Source: an uncultured Prevotella sp. | Lineage (GTDB): Bacteria; Bacteroidota; Bacteroidia; Bacteroidales; Bacteroidaceae | DNA length: 36,992 nucleotides | Assembly: GCA_947095945.1 (NCBI GenBank) | Contig: CAMUQM010000001.1 | Span: 1-36,992, forward strand | Reading direction: 5' to 3' | Part shown: positions 8,225 to 17,774 of the stretch, piece after piece | Numbering within the stretch: the stretch's first letter is position 1 | How the letters are laid out: every line of letters starts with the position of its first letter | Translations under genes and position numbers: made by a program | The notes under the pieces: model-generated | The model's input: only the letters and a program-made list of their open reading frames with translations | What the model was told of the DNA's origin: nothing | The model's database searches: none

Positions 8225-8317
8225 ATGAATTTGAAGAATATGAGCATGTCTTATGTATCTTTCCGTTACTTTTATTTTTACTTTGCAAATAATTGTAAAG
8301 CGGGAGGTTGCGTGTAG
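8225..8317 (+). CDS. Phe/Tyr-rich attenuator leader peptide MNLKNMSMSYVSFRYFYFYFANNCKAGGCV
   Basis: Hand translation; 7 of 8 consecutive codons are Phe/Tyr (8261-8284); lies between the promoter and pheA. Alternative starts at 8240 and 8246. Confidence 0.85.
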   Translation: MNLKNMSMSYVSFRYFYFYFANNCKAGGCV

Positions 8318-8400
8318 ATTTCAACTTATGAGAATCATATAATTATAGAAAAATAAAACGAAACGGTCCCGCTCAAAAATGAGTTGGACCGTTTTCGTTT
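8299..8400 (+). promoter_or_regulatory. Attenuator: antiterminator (8299-8305 with 8367-8373) competing with terminator hairpin 8356-8400
   Basis: agcggga pairs with tcccgct; terminator aaacgaaacggtcccgctc-aaaaat-gagttggaccgttttcgttt uses the same 5' arm. Confidence 0.8.
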
Positions 8401-8440
8401 AGTAACCTTTGGAGATGTAACTATAAAGCAAACAAAGCGG

Positions 8441-9271
8441 ATGAAACGAATAGCTATACAAGGAGAAAGGGGCAGTTTTCACGATATTGCCGCCCATACA
8501 TTTTTTGCCGATGAACAGGTACAACTCACTTGTTGCACCACCTTTGAAGAGGTGTTTGAGAAAGTGGGTGCAGACCCTACTGCCATTGCCATGCTTGCAA
8601 TTGAGAATACGATAGCAGGGAGTCTGTTACATAATTATGACCTTCTTCGTAAGTCAGGCACAACGGTTGTTGGTGAACAGCGTCTGCACATCAAACATTG
8701 TATCTGCTGTCTGCCAAATGACGACTGGTCAGCCATTACGGAGGTTCACTCTCACCCTGTTGCGCTCATGCAATGTCGTTTGTTTCTTAGCAATCACCCT
8801 ACAATAAAAGCGGTAGAAAAGGAAGATACGGCTGGTTCAGCAGCTTATATTGTAGAGAATCACTGTCGTGGTTGTGCTGCTATCTGTTCTGCTGATGCTG
8901 CAAGACTCTATGGAATGAAGATATTGGAAGACTCTATAGAAGATAATAAACATAACTTTACTCGTTTCCTTGTGGCTTGTCATCCACAGAAAGCCGACTT
9001 CCTTCGCCCATTGACAGAGGTTGATAAAGCAAGTATAGTATTTTCTCTTCCTCACGAAGAGGGGTCTTTAAGTAAGGTGTTGACAATTCTTTCTTTCTAT
9101 GACATTAACCTTACGAAGATTCAATCGCTCCCAGTTATTGGTCATGAGTGGGAATATCTCTTCTATGTAGATTTGACCTTTGATAATCTCACTCGCTATC
9201 GCCAGTCGATAAATGCCATTACTCCTTTGGTAAAGAGCATCAAGATATTAGGGGAGTATAAGGAGAATTAG
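8441..9271 (+). CDS. pheA: Prephenate dehydratase with ACT domain
   Basis: IAIQGERGSFH, IENTIAGS, SHPVALMQC, NFTRF, LTKIQSLP; start set at ATG 8441 (MKRIAIQG), after the attenuator. Confidence 0.95.
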   Translation: MKRIAIQGERGSFHDIAAHTFFADEQVQLTCCTTFEEVFEKVGADPTAIAMLAIENTIAGSLLHNYDLLRKSGTTVVGEQRLHIKHCICCLPNDDWSAITEVHSHPVALMQCRLFLSNHPTIKAVEKEDTAGSAAYIVENHCRGCAAICSADAARLYGMKILEDSIEDNKHNFTRFLVACHPQKADFLRPLTEVDKASIVFSLPHEEGSLSKVLTILSFYDINLTKIQSLPVIGHEWEYLFYVDLTFDNLTRYRQSINAITPLVKSIKILGEYKEN

Positions 9272-9338
9272 GTGTTAGGTGTACTGAGGCAATGTCTCTG
9301 TAGGCGGAATAAAGTAAATGAAAACAAAAGAATAGCTT

Positions 9339-10508
9339 ATGATACAGCCAGCAAATCGCGTGAATGAAGTGCAAGAATACTACTTCTCACGTAAACTGAA
9401 GGAAGTGGCAAAGATGGATGCAGATGGGAAAGACATTATCTCCTTGGCAATAGGAAGCCCAGATATGCCACCTTCAAAGCAAACTGTTGATAAACTTTGT
9501 GAGGTAGCCAGTCAAGCAACAGAGCATGGTTATCAGCCCACAATCGGAATCACAGAACTCCGTTCGGCTATGGCTAGGTTTTATAAACGATGGTATGGAG
9601 TTGATGTTGATGTAGCTACAGAGGTTCAACCGCTTATCGGTTCTAAGGAAGGTATCCTACATGTAACCTTAGCTTTCGTCAATCCTGGTGAGCAGGTGTT
9701 GGTACCTAACCCCGGTTATCCAACTTACACCGCTCTTTCTCGACTACTTAGAGCAGAGGTTATCAACTATGATTTGAGGGAAGATAATGATTGGCAGCCA
9801 GATTTTGAAGCTTTGGAGAGAATGGATTTGAGCCGTGTTCGCCTAATGTGGACTAACTATCCGAATATGCCCACAGGTGGAAATGCTCGTCGTGAAACCT
9901 ATCAACGCTTAGTTGACTTTGCTCGTCGCCATGATATCGTTGTGGTAAACGACAACCCTTATTCGTTTATTCTCAATGAAGGGGAGAAGTTGAGCCTTTT
10001 ACAAGTGTCTGGCGCAAAGGATTGTTGTATAGAGTTTAACTCCCTTTCAAAGTCTTATAATATGTCGGGTTGGCGTGTAGGAATGTGCGTAACTAATCCA
10101 ACGTTCATCTCTTGGATACTAAAAGTGAAGAGTAATATAGACTCTGGGACATTCCGTGGAATCCAGTTAGCTGCAGCAGAAGCCATGAACACGAATACAG
10201 ATGAATGGCATCAGCAAAATAACATTGAGGTTTATCGTCGCCGTCGTGTTATAGCAGAAGAAATCATGACATTGTTAGGTTGCACCTTTGATAAGTCTCA
10301 AGTCGGAATGTTTTTATGGGGTAAAATACCAGAGAAGTATGCTGATGTAGAACAACTGACAGAGCGTGTGCTACATGAAGCGCGTGTGTTCATAACGCCC
10401 GGTTTTATCTTTGGAAGTAATGGACATCGTTATGTGCGCATCTCGCTATGTGCAAAAGACGAGGTGATGATGAAAGCACGTGACCGTATTGCAGCTTTGA
10501 AATGGTAA
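9339..10508 (+). CDS. PLP-dependent class I/II aminotransferase, probably aromatic amino acid biosynthesis
   Basis: NYPNMPTG, NDNPY, SLSKSYNMSGWRVG (PLP lysine), YVRISL; operon context. Confidence 0.9.
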   Translation: MIQPANRVNEVQEYYFSRKLKEVAKMDADGKDIISLAIGSPDMPPSKQTVDKLCEVASQATEHGYQPTIGITELRSAMARFYKRWYGVDVDVATEVQPLIGSKEGILHVTLAFVNPGEQVLVPNPGYPTYTALSRLLRAEVINYDLREDNDWQPDFEALERMDLSRVRLMWTNYPNMPTGGNARRETYQRLVDFARRHDIVVVNDNPYSFILNEGEKLSLLQVSGAKDCCIEFNSLSKSYNMSGWRVGMCVTNPTFISWILKVKSNIDSGTFRGIQLAAAEAMNTNTDEWHQQNNIEVYRRRRVIAEEIMTLLGCTFDKSQVGMFLWGKIPEKYADVEQLTERVLHEARVFITPGFIFGSNGHRYVRISLCAKDEVMMKARDRIAALKW

Positions 10509-10510
10509 AA

Positions 10511-10542
10511 TATGGTTTTTTACATCATTTATATTACCTTTG
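10511..10542 (+). promoter_or_regulatory. Candidate internal promoter for DAHPS-CM and tyrA
   Basis: TACCTTTG at 10535-10542 with TATG 20 nt upstream, in the gap before ATG 10577. Confidence 0.5.
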
Positions 10543-10576
10543 GGGAACAATTAAGTATATAAAAAATAAAAGATAT

Positions 10577-11647
10577 ATGATTATGGAGTTAGAATTAGAG
10601 CCTTTGCGACTTCCGAGCGATAAGGAGCGCCCGATAGTCATTGCAGGTCCTTGTTCGGCTGAAACAGAAGAACAAGTGATGTGTACGGCACGTAATCTTG
10701 CTGCTAAAGGATGCCATATTTTTCGTGCTGGTATATGGAAACCACGTACAAAACCCGGTGGTTTTGAGGGTAATGGCGAGATGGCTTTGCCATGGATGAA
10801 GCGTGTGAAGGAAGAAACTGGTATGATGATTTCAACAGAAGTGGCGACACCTGAACACGTTGAAGTGGCTTTGAAATATGGTATGGACATCCTTTGGGTA
10901 GGTGCAAGAACGTCTGCCAATCCTTTTGCCATGCAGGCTTTGGCTGATTCTTTACAGGGAGTAGACATCCCTGTGTTGGTGAAGAATCCTGTAAATCCAG
11001 ACCTTGAACTGTGGGTCGGAGCGCTTCAGCGCCTTAATCAAGCCGGTTTGAAGCGTTTGGGAGTTATTCATCGTGGCTTCTCAAGCTATGATAAGAAAAT
11101 CTATCGGAATGCTCCTATGTGGCAGATTCCTATTGAGTTACGCCGAAGGATACCGGGACTTCCTATTATCTGTGACCCAAGTCATATCGGTGGTCGTCGT
11201 GATTTGATTGCACCACTTTGTCAACAAGCAATGGACTTAGACTTTGATGGTCTGATTGTTGAGAGCCACTGTACGCCAGAGAAGGCGTGGAGTGATGCAG
11301 AACAGCAGGTGACCCCTGATATTCTTGATTATATTCTTTCTCTCTTAGTAGTGCGTGATCACACCTCTACAACCGAAGAACTTAGATTCCTTCGTGCACA
11401 AATAGACGAGCTTGATAACTCTTTAATGGGACTTCTGGCTAAGCGTTTTCGCATTTGTCGTGAGATAGGAACCTTTAAGAAAGAGCATAATATGACTATT
11501 CTTCAGGCTGGTAGATATAATGAAATACTCGAAAAGCGTGGCGCACAGGCAAGTCTTTGCGGTATGGATGCCAACTTTGCTGCTCAAGTTTTTGAGCTAA
11601 TACATGAGGAAAGTGTACGTCAACAGTTGGAAATTGTGAATAAGTAG
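10577..11647 (+). CDS. Bifunctional DAHP synthase (type I-beta-like) / C-terminal chorismate mutase
   Basis: IAGPCSAE, WKPRT, VGART, DPSH, IVESH motifs; C-terminal LRAQIDELDNSLMGLLAKR..EIGTFK AroQ domain. Start 10577 or 10583. Confidence 0.95.
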   Translation: MIMELELEPLRLPSDKERPIVIAGPCSAETEEQVMCTARNLAAKGCHIFRAGIWKPRTKPGGFEGNGEMALPWMKRVKEETGMMISTEVATPEHVEVALKYGMDILWVGARTSANPFAMQALADSLQGVDIPVLVKNPVNPDLELWVGALQRLNQAGLKRLGVIHRGFSSYDKKIYRNAPMWQIPIELRRRIPGLPIICDPSHIGGRRDLIAPLCQQAMDLDFDGLIVESHCTPEKAWSDAEQQVTPDILDYILSLLVVRDHTSTTEELRFLRAQIDELDNSLMGLLAKRFRICREIGTFKKEHNMTILQAGRYNEILEKRGAQASLCGMDANFAAQVFELIHEESVRQQLEIVNK

Positions 11648-11777
11648 GGTGATGGGTGGTGAATGATGGGTGTTGAGGAATTGAGTCGAAGATGTTGTTA
11701 CAGCTTTAAGTAGAACATCTTGAATGTAACTTTTCAAAACTTAGTATTTGTTTGCTATTACCCAGCAACGCAAACCC

Positions 11778-12072
11778 TCATCACCTAACATCTGTCATTC
11801 ACTATCCATCAATTCAAATCATCATCACCTAATACCTATCATTCACTATCCTTCGATGCAAATCGTCATCACCTAACACTTATCATTCACTATCCATTAA
11901 TGCAAATCATTATTACCCAACACCTATCATTCACTATCCATCAATGCAAATCATTATCATCCAACACTTATCATTCACTATCCATCAATGCAAATCATCA
12001 TCACCCAACACTTATCATTCACTACCTACTAATACAATTCATCATCACCCAACACCCAACACTCATCACCCA
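11778..12072 (+). repeat. 44-bp tandem array (6 units plus partial) in the DAHPS-CM/tyrA intercistronic region
   Basis: Units start at 11778, 11822, 11866, 11910, 11954, 11998, 12042; consensus tcatcacccaacacttatcattcactatccatcaatgcaaatca. Confidence 0.95.
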
Positions 12073-12078
12073 AAAAAC

Positions 12079-12876
12079 ATGAAAATACTAATAATGGGTG
12101 CAGGTAAGATGGGAAGTTTCTTCATCGACCTGCTTAGTTTCGACCATGAAGTAGCGGCATACGAGAAAGATGTACGCCGACTTCGCTTTACATATAATTG
12201 CCAGCGTTTTACAAGTTTAGAGGAGGTAAAAGACTTTCAGCCAGAGCTTGTCATTAATGCAGTAACGGTGAAATATACGATACCTGCTTTTGAAGAGTTG
12301 CTCCCAGTCTTACCCAAAGATTGTATTCTTTCAGATATTAGTTCGGTGAAGACGGGCTTGAAAGAATGGTACGATCGTTGCGGACACCCTTATGCCTCTA
12401 CCCATCCGATGTTTGGTCCTACCTTTGCTAATCTTAATCAGCTGAGTGAAGAGAATGCTATCATCATCAGTGAAGGTGATTATATGGGACGAATCTTCTT
12501 TAAGGACCTCTATCAGAGACTGGGGCTGAACATCTATGAGTATAGCTTTGAAGAGCATGATAAGACGGTGGCTTATTCATTGAGTATTCCGTTCGTTTCA
12601 ACCTTTGTTTTTGCTGCTGTGATGAAGCATCAAGATGCACCCGGAACAACCTTTAAACGACATATGCGTATTGCTAAGGGGGTTCTGAATGAAGACGATT
12701 ATTTGCTTCAAGAGATTCTCTTTAATCCTTATACCTATGATCAGGTGGCACAGATTCGTACAGAGTTGAAAGAGTTGATGCAGATTATTGACGATAAAGA
12801 TGCTGTGGGAATGAAAGCCTATCTGAGTAAAATACGTAATCATGTGGCACGTGATATTGAGATAAAGAAACAATAA
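12079..12876 (+). CDS. tyrA: Prephenate dehydrogenase
   Basis: MKILIMGAGKMG Rossmann motif, DISSVK, THPMFGP, EEHD; the upstream ORF extension is repeat read-through. Confidence 0.93.
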   Translation: MKILIMGAGKMGSFFIDLLSFDHEVAAYEKDVRRLRFTYNCQRFTSLEEVKDFQPELVINAVTVKYTIPAFEELLPVLPKDCILSDISSVKTGLKEWYDRCGHPYASTHPMFGPTFANLNQLSEENAIIISEGDYMGRIFFKDLYQRLGLNIYEYSFEEHDKTVAYSLSIPFVSTFVFAAVMKHQDAPGTTFKRHMRIAKGVLNEDDYLLQEILFNPYTYDQVAQIRTELKELMQIIDDKDAVGMKAYLSKIRNHVARDIEIKKQ

Positions 12877-12900
12877 AACTTTTCTACATCCCTGAAATTT

Positions 12901-13875
12901 ATGCGCATCTGGTTAACCTTTTTGCTTCTGTTGAGTTCTTACTTGTCAATGGCTCAAACTCGTTTGACGATAGTTGAACTCAATGCTGAGAACTTGTTTG
13001 ATACTCGGCATGATACGTTAAAGAATGATTATGAGTTTCTGCCAGACTCTCCTCGCCATTGGACACGTACTAAGTACTGGCAGAAACTAAATAGGATAGG
13101 GCAGACAATTATTTCTTGTGGTGAGGATAGTAGCGGTTGGACACTGCCTGATATAGTGGGTTTATGTGAGGTTGAGAATGACAGCGTGCTCTTTGATCTG
13201 ACTCGTCGTTCCTTGTTACGTAAGGCTCGCTATGAATATGTAATGACTGCTTCCGATGATGTTCGTGGTATTGATGTAGCGTTATTGTATTCTCCTTTCT
13301 CTTTCCGATTGATAAAAGCAGATACAATTCGTGTACTACCTCTAAGTGAGATGCGCCCAACACGAGATATCCTACACGTAGAAGGGGAAATAGAAAATGG
13401 CGATACGTTACACATCTTTCTGCTCCATGCACCGAGCCGTATGGGTGGTGAACTTTATTCTCGTCCCTTTAGGAAACATGTGATGGAGCGGTTGTGTAGT
13501 GCAATAGATTCTCTTCGTAGTCAGTATGCTAATCCTAAGCTATTGGTAATGGGCGATTTTAATGATTATGCAGATAGCCCTTCGTTACAACTTGCTTATG
13601 AACATGGGTTGTTCAATGTAGCTACGGGAGCACATGGGCGCAATGGAGCAAAGGGTACTTATCGTTACCATGGAGAATGGGGGAGTCTGGACCAAATACT
13701 TGTAAGTGAGAATCTTCGCTCATGGGTAAAGGATTGCCGTATTAATGATGCTCCGTTCTTATTAGAAAAAGATACAAAATACGGCGGAGTAAAGCCTCGC
13801 CGTAATTATAATGGTATGCGTTTTAATAATGGATTTAGCGACCATTTACCACTTGTTTTACATCTTCAGCATTGA
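12901..13875 (+). CDS. Exported endonuclease/exonuclease/phosphatase (EEP) family protein
   Basis: Signal peptide; NAENLFD, GLCEVEN, GDFND, LDQI, SDHLP motifs. Confidence 0.92.
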   Translation: MRIWLTFLLLLSSYLSMAQTRLTIVELNAENLFDTRHDTLKNDYEFLPDSPRHWTRTKYWQKLNRIGQTIISCGEDSSGWTLPDIVGLCEVENDSVLFDLTRRSLLRKARYEYVMTASDDVRGIDVALLYSPFSFRLIKADTIRVLPLSEMRPTRDILHVEGEIENGDTLHIFLLHAPSRMGGELYSRPFRKHVMERLCSAIDSLRSQYANPKLLVMGDFNDYADSPSLQLAYEHGLFNVATGAHGRNGAKGTYRYHGEWGSLDQILVSENLRSWVKDCRINDAPFLLEKDTKYGGVKPRRNYNGMRFNNGFSDHLPLVLHLQH

Positions 13876-13889
13876 TATTTGCGCTCTCT

Positions 13890-13974
13890 TCCGAATTATT
13901 TTCATGAAAAAAAATATTTTTCTTCATGAAAATAAATATTTACTTTCATGAAAATAAAAATTTATCTTCGTGAA
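13890..13974 (+). repeat. 22-bp-period TTCATGAA array (family C), copy 1
   Basis: TTCRTGAA at 13901, 13923, 13945, 13967; leader tccgaattattttcatgaaaa matches 27597-27617 at 20/21. Confidence 0.85.
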
Positions 13975-13984
13975 TAAAAAAAGA

Positions 13985-14019
13985 AAACACTACCCTTCTC
14001 GGTGAAAAAGGTAGTGTTT
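13985..14019 (-). terminator. Intrinsic terminator hairpin
   Basis: aaacactacc...ggtagtgttt with an A-run on its left (U-tract on the minus strand). Confidence 0.7.
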
Positions 14020-14049
14020 GAACTTATGATTTAATACTGTCTTCGGCTA

Positions 14050-14466
14050 TTAGTTATTAACAAACTTGATTCGTTTGTTTGAATCATCAATCTTAGCCTG
14101 AAGTTTAGCAATCTTCTTTTCCAACTTCGTTAAGGTCTTCTGACTCTTAGCTAACTTCTTATTGATAGCCTTAGCATCCTTCAGTTTCTTGATAGTACTC
14201 TTAGCATCCTTAACAGTACTTGATGCATTTGTTGTATTGAATTCTGTTGTTGCTACATTCGCTTCAACATTAACATCAGCTGCTTTTTTGCTGAGTTCGA
14301 CATTATTTGCCTTTTCTTTTTCGTAATCCAACTGTAGTTTGTTCAACTCTGTGGTCATTTTGAGCACCTTCTGCTGCTCCTTTAAAGTGTCAATTCTTGC
14401 ATCGCTTTGAGCAAAGCCAGCAACAGCTGACAATACCATTACCCCAATTAAAAATAATCTTTTCAT
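14050..14466 (-). CDS. Exported Lys/Ala-rich coiled-coil hypothetical protein
   Basis: Signal peptide MKRLFLIGVMVLSAVAGFA; heptad-like helical sequence; -7 motif at 14496-14503. Confidence 0.8.
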   Translation of the reverse strand: MKRLFLIGVMVLSAVAGFAQSDARIDTLKEQQKVLKMTTELNKLQLDYEKEKANNVELSKKAADVNVEANVATTEFNTTNASSTVKDAKSTIKKLKDAKAINKKLAKSQKTLTKLEKKIAKLQAKIDDSNKRIKFVNN

Positions 14467-14641
14467 ATCTTATAAGTCAATTTAATTTAATGGTGCAAAT
14501 GTATATAAATTATTGTTTATATGCAAAAGATAATATGTAAAACTTTTAATTTCGTGTTAAATTCTTGATAATTAATAACTATCTCTTAAGTTTTTACAAA
14601 ATAGCATAGTCATTTTGAAAGCAAAATCCTAATCTTTCCAC

Positions 14642-15508
14642 TTAGATAGAGTCAGCCTCCAGATATCTATCTCTATTTGACTTCGATGGCTGAGAACCTA
14701 AGTCTATGTCATCAAATAGTCCGTCCAACGCACTGCCTAAGAGTCCTTCAATGGCTGAGGCTGCAGGTGCGATAATATTTTCCTGCAACATTTTCTGTGC
14801 TTTCTTTCTAAGCTGTTCTTTCATATTTATTTCCTCCTTCTTGTAATAACACTCTGCAGCTTCCTCAAGGTCATCTTCATCTACAGTAAAGATATGTCCG
14901 AAGATGCCTAAAGATACGATATGATCCTTTCCATCGTAGTGTACTTTACCCAATGAACATACAACGTAGTTGTCGACAGTGACGAGGTTATCAACTGCAG
15001 CCTCAATCACCTTTCCTGCAAAGGCATTGCTGATTGTTCTAAAAGCATTATCGATGAAGTTGTTGCCTGTAATGTTATCATTGTCATTTACAGCATCGTT
15101 CACAGTAGTGGTGATAACGGTAGAGAGAACTTCCTTGTGTTGTTCTGTCTTTGGACAAGTAACAATCATTACTGCAACCAAGGCAATGATTGTAAGCAGA
15201 ATACCAATGAGGCAGCCCGTATGGCTCTTCTTCTTTGGTGTTGGTTGAGGCTGCTGGGTTGCCTCTTGTGGTGTAGCTTGTATAATGGGTCTTGCTTCAA
15301 CAAAAGGTATGTCTTCTGTTTTTTCAGGGTTGTTGGTAGTATCTTTATCCGTAAAGAGTGTGCGAAGCTCTTCTATCTGATTGGCAGGAATCCACTCTAC
15401 GCCGTCTGTTGGCATCACTAACGTTGTCGCATCCAGTTTTCGTTCAGCTAATTCGTTGAGGCTATATGGACCTCTCTTTTCTTCATTAATCTTGATATAG
15501 TATTCCAT
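14642..15508 (-). CDS. Membrane-anchored protein with N-terminal GYF_2 (DUF4339)-like domain
   Basis: YYIKINEEKRGPYSLNEL...TLV...EWIPA pattern; Pro/Gln linker; single TM helix. Confidence 0.8.
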   Translation of the reverse strand: MEYYIKINEEKRGPYSLNELAERKLDATTLVMPTDGVEWIPANQIEELRTLFTDKDTTNNPEKTEDIPFVEARPIIQATPQEATQQPQPTPKKKSHTGCLIGILLTIIALVAVMIVTCPKTEQHKEVLSTVITTTVNDAVNDNDNITGNNFIDNAFRTISNAFAGKVIEAAVDNLVTVDNYVVCSLGKVHYDGKDHIVSLGIFGHIFTVDEDDLEEAAECYYKKEEINMKEQLRKKAQKMLQENIIAPAASAIEGLLGSALDGLFDDIDLGSQPSKSNRDRYLEADSI

Positions 15509-15832
15509 TCTTGTCTTATTTATGGCAAAGGGGAAAAATCCAAATTGTCAGATATCTGCTTACAATATTTGCCCAGTTTGTTCGGTGCGAAGTTATATAT
15601 TATTTCTGAACTGACAAAAGAGTTGCATTCTTTTTTATTTAATGCAATGGTTTTGTAGTTGTTATAAAGCTTTTTGCTGTATGTCAGTAAACATAAATAT
15701 TGATTTGATAGATATTTTCTTCTAAAGTAATTAGGATTAAGTCGTAAAAAGTGTAATTTTGCAGTATCAAGACAAATGTAAATTCAATTTAGAATAGAGT
15801 TTTTAGTTTAGAACTTAATGAGATGATAAAAT

Positions 15833-16384
15833 ATGAATAAACTATTGTTAATAGTCGATCCGCAAGTTGACTTTATCACAGGTTCACTTCCTGTGGATGG
15901 TGCAGCCAAGGCAATGGATGCACTGGCAACGTATGTAAAGGAGCAAGGAGATGGATATACAGTGAAGATTGTAACTTCAGATTGGCATCCTTACCATCAT
16001 AGTTCTTTTGTAAACGAGGGAGGATTGTGGCCACGTCATTGTGTACAACATTCTGTTGGTGCAGCTATCTGGGAATCGTTATTGGTTGCTCTTAATGAGT
16101 CAAAGGGTGGTTTTACCTTATTATATAAGGGTGATAGTATAGAAAAGGACGAGTATTCTATTATGCAAAATGAATCTTCTGCGAGTATTCTTCGACATTT
16201 GATTAAGGCACTAAAGATAGATCAGGTTGACCTGTGTGGCTTGGCTGGAGATATCTGTGTACTGAATACTGCAAAGGATTTAAAGGATGCAGTAGGAAGT
16301 GCAAGTCTCAATATACTTGAAGATTATTCGCCTTCTTTGGATGGTGGAACGGCTTTAAGCGCCTTTGTTGAAAGTTTGAAATAA
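15833..16384 (+). CDS. pncA: Nicotinamidase/pyrazinamidase (isochorismatase family)
   Basis: VDPQVDF, DWHP, WPRHCVQ, KG..YS, GLAGDICV; -7 motif TAATTTTG at 15754-15761. Confidence 0.88.
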   Translation: MNKLLLIVDPQVDFITGSLPVDGAAKAMDALATYVKEQGDGYTVKIVTSDWHPYHHSSFVNEGGLWPRHCVQHSVGAAIWESLLVALNESKGGFTLLYKGDSIEKDEYSIMQNESSASILRHLIKALKIDQVDLCGLAGDICVLNTAKDLKDAVGSASLNILEDYSPSLDGGTALSAFVESLK

Positions 16385-16437
16385 ACGAGAAGAAGAATAG
16401 AAAGCTCAGCTTCATTGGAAGTAAAAAGAGGTATAAG

Positions 16438-16525
16438 AAATTAGAAAGAGTTAAGTCCATACCAGTCTCCGCTACTATCTATAGATTGTTAGCATGAGAA
16501 GAATGGATTTAACTCCTTCTAATTT
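16438..16525. terminator. Long imperfect hairpin between convergent pncA and aroC
   Basis: aaattagaaagagttaagtccat ... atggatttaactccttctaattt with inner pairing. Confidence 0.65.
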
Positions 16526-16574
16526 TGTTTTATAAATTGCTTTTGGAATACAAGTTCTAACGAAAAAGAACTGT

Positions 16575-17663
16575 TTAAAGTCTGTTCGTCTTACTTATCA
16601 ACAATGCATCAAGTATTGTCATTGCAGCCATTGCTTCGACAATAGGGACTGCACGAGGTAAAACACAAGGGTCATGTCGTCCACGTACGTCCATTGTAGT
16701 TGCTTCACCTTCCATGTTTACAGTCTGCTGTTCCATAAGCAAGGTAGCAACAGGTTTGAATGCAACACGGAAGTAAATGTCCTCGCCATTGCTGATACCA
16801 CCCTGTATACCACCGCTATGGTTGGTTTCTATATTGCATATTGGGTGTTGCAGACAGTCACCAGCAGGTAGGAATGTGTCATTCTGTTGGCTACCTCTCC
16901 ATGAGGAACCAGCAAAGCCTTCGCCGTATTCAAAGCCTTTTACGGCATTGATGCTAAGCATAGCAGCACCTAATTGAGCATGAAGTTTCCCAAATTCTGG
17001 TTCGCCTAAGCCTACGGGACAGCCTTTGATAATACAAGATATAACCCCACCGATAGTATCACCTTCACGCTTCACCTGCGCAATGAGCTCCTCCATCTCT
17101 TTTGCTTTTAATGGGTCGGGGCAGCGGACAAGGTTAGACTCAATGAGACTTAAATCATATTTTCGGTAATCTCTTTCAAGCTGAATGTCGCCCACCTGCT
17201 CTGTATAAGCTATGATACTGATGCCCTGCTGATGCAATACGAGCTTTGCTAAGGCGCCAGCTACGACACGTGAAAGTGTAATGCGAGCTGATGAACGACC
17301 ACCTCCACGATGGTCACGAATGCCATACTTACTATAATAAGTATAATCGGCATGCGATGGACGAAAGAGGTCACGGATATTATCATAGTCCTTTGAGTGT
17401 TGATTGGTATTACGGACAAGGAAGCCAATAGGTGCACCAGTTGACTTTCCCTCAAACACACCGCTCAGCAGTTCTACTTGATCTGCTTCCTTTCTATCCG
17501 TTGTGATGTGGCTTTGTCCCGGTCGGCGACGTGCCAGTTCACGCTGAATAAAGTCTATGTCAATGGTTATACCAGCTGGCATACCATCGACTATACCGCC
17601 TACGGCTGCTCCGTGACTTTCGCCGAAAGTGGTTAGTGTGAAGAGTTTTCCGAATATATTCAT
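16575..17663 (-). CDS. aroC: Chorismate synthase
   Basis: [36 protein letters not shown]. Confidence 0.98.
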   Translation of the reverse strand: MNIFGKLFTLTTFGESHGAAVGGIVDGMPAGITIDIDFIQRELARRRPGQSHITTDRKEADQVELLSGVFEGKSTGAPIGFLVRNTNQHSKDYDNIRDLFRPSHADYTYYSKYGIRDHRGGGRSSARITLSRVVAGALAKLVLHQQGISIIAYTEQVGDIQLERDYRKYDLSLIESNLVRCPDPLKAKEMEELIAQVKREGDTIGGVISCIIKGCPVGLGEPEFGKLHAQLGAAMLSINAVKGFEYGEGFAGSSWRGSQQNDTFLPAGDCLQHPICNIETNHSGGIQGGISNGEDIYFRVAFKPVATLLMEQQTVNMEGEATTMDVRGRHDPCVLPRAVPIVEAMAAMTILDALLISKTNRL

Positions 17664-17774
17664 AACAAAGTGTCTATGAATGAATATCGTGATGAGTGGT
17701 AAGAAAAGCTTATTGTTTATCTTACCTCGTTCTTAATATTCCATTGTTGTAAGATGGGAGATGACGAAGCTGTC

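Noticed and set aside
8384..8440. TTG-initiated extension of PheA
   Set aside because: Begins inside the attenuator hairpin; the protein pattern starts at MKRIAIQG.
10577..11647. DAHP synthase-chorismate mutase fusion as a novelty
   Set aside because: This fusion is already known in Prevotella and Porphyromonas.
11778..12072. Possible CRISPR array
   Set aside because: Units are contiguous degenerate tandem copies with no unique spacers, and there are no cas genes.
11900..12082. His-rich ORF and His-rich N-terminal extension of TyrA
   Set aside because: Both are translations of the 44-bp repeat; the Rossmann motif starts at ATG 12079.
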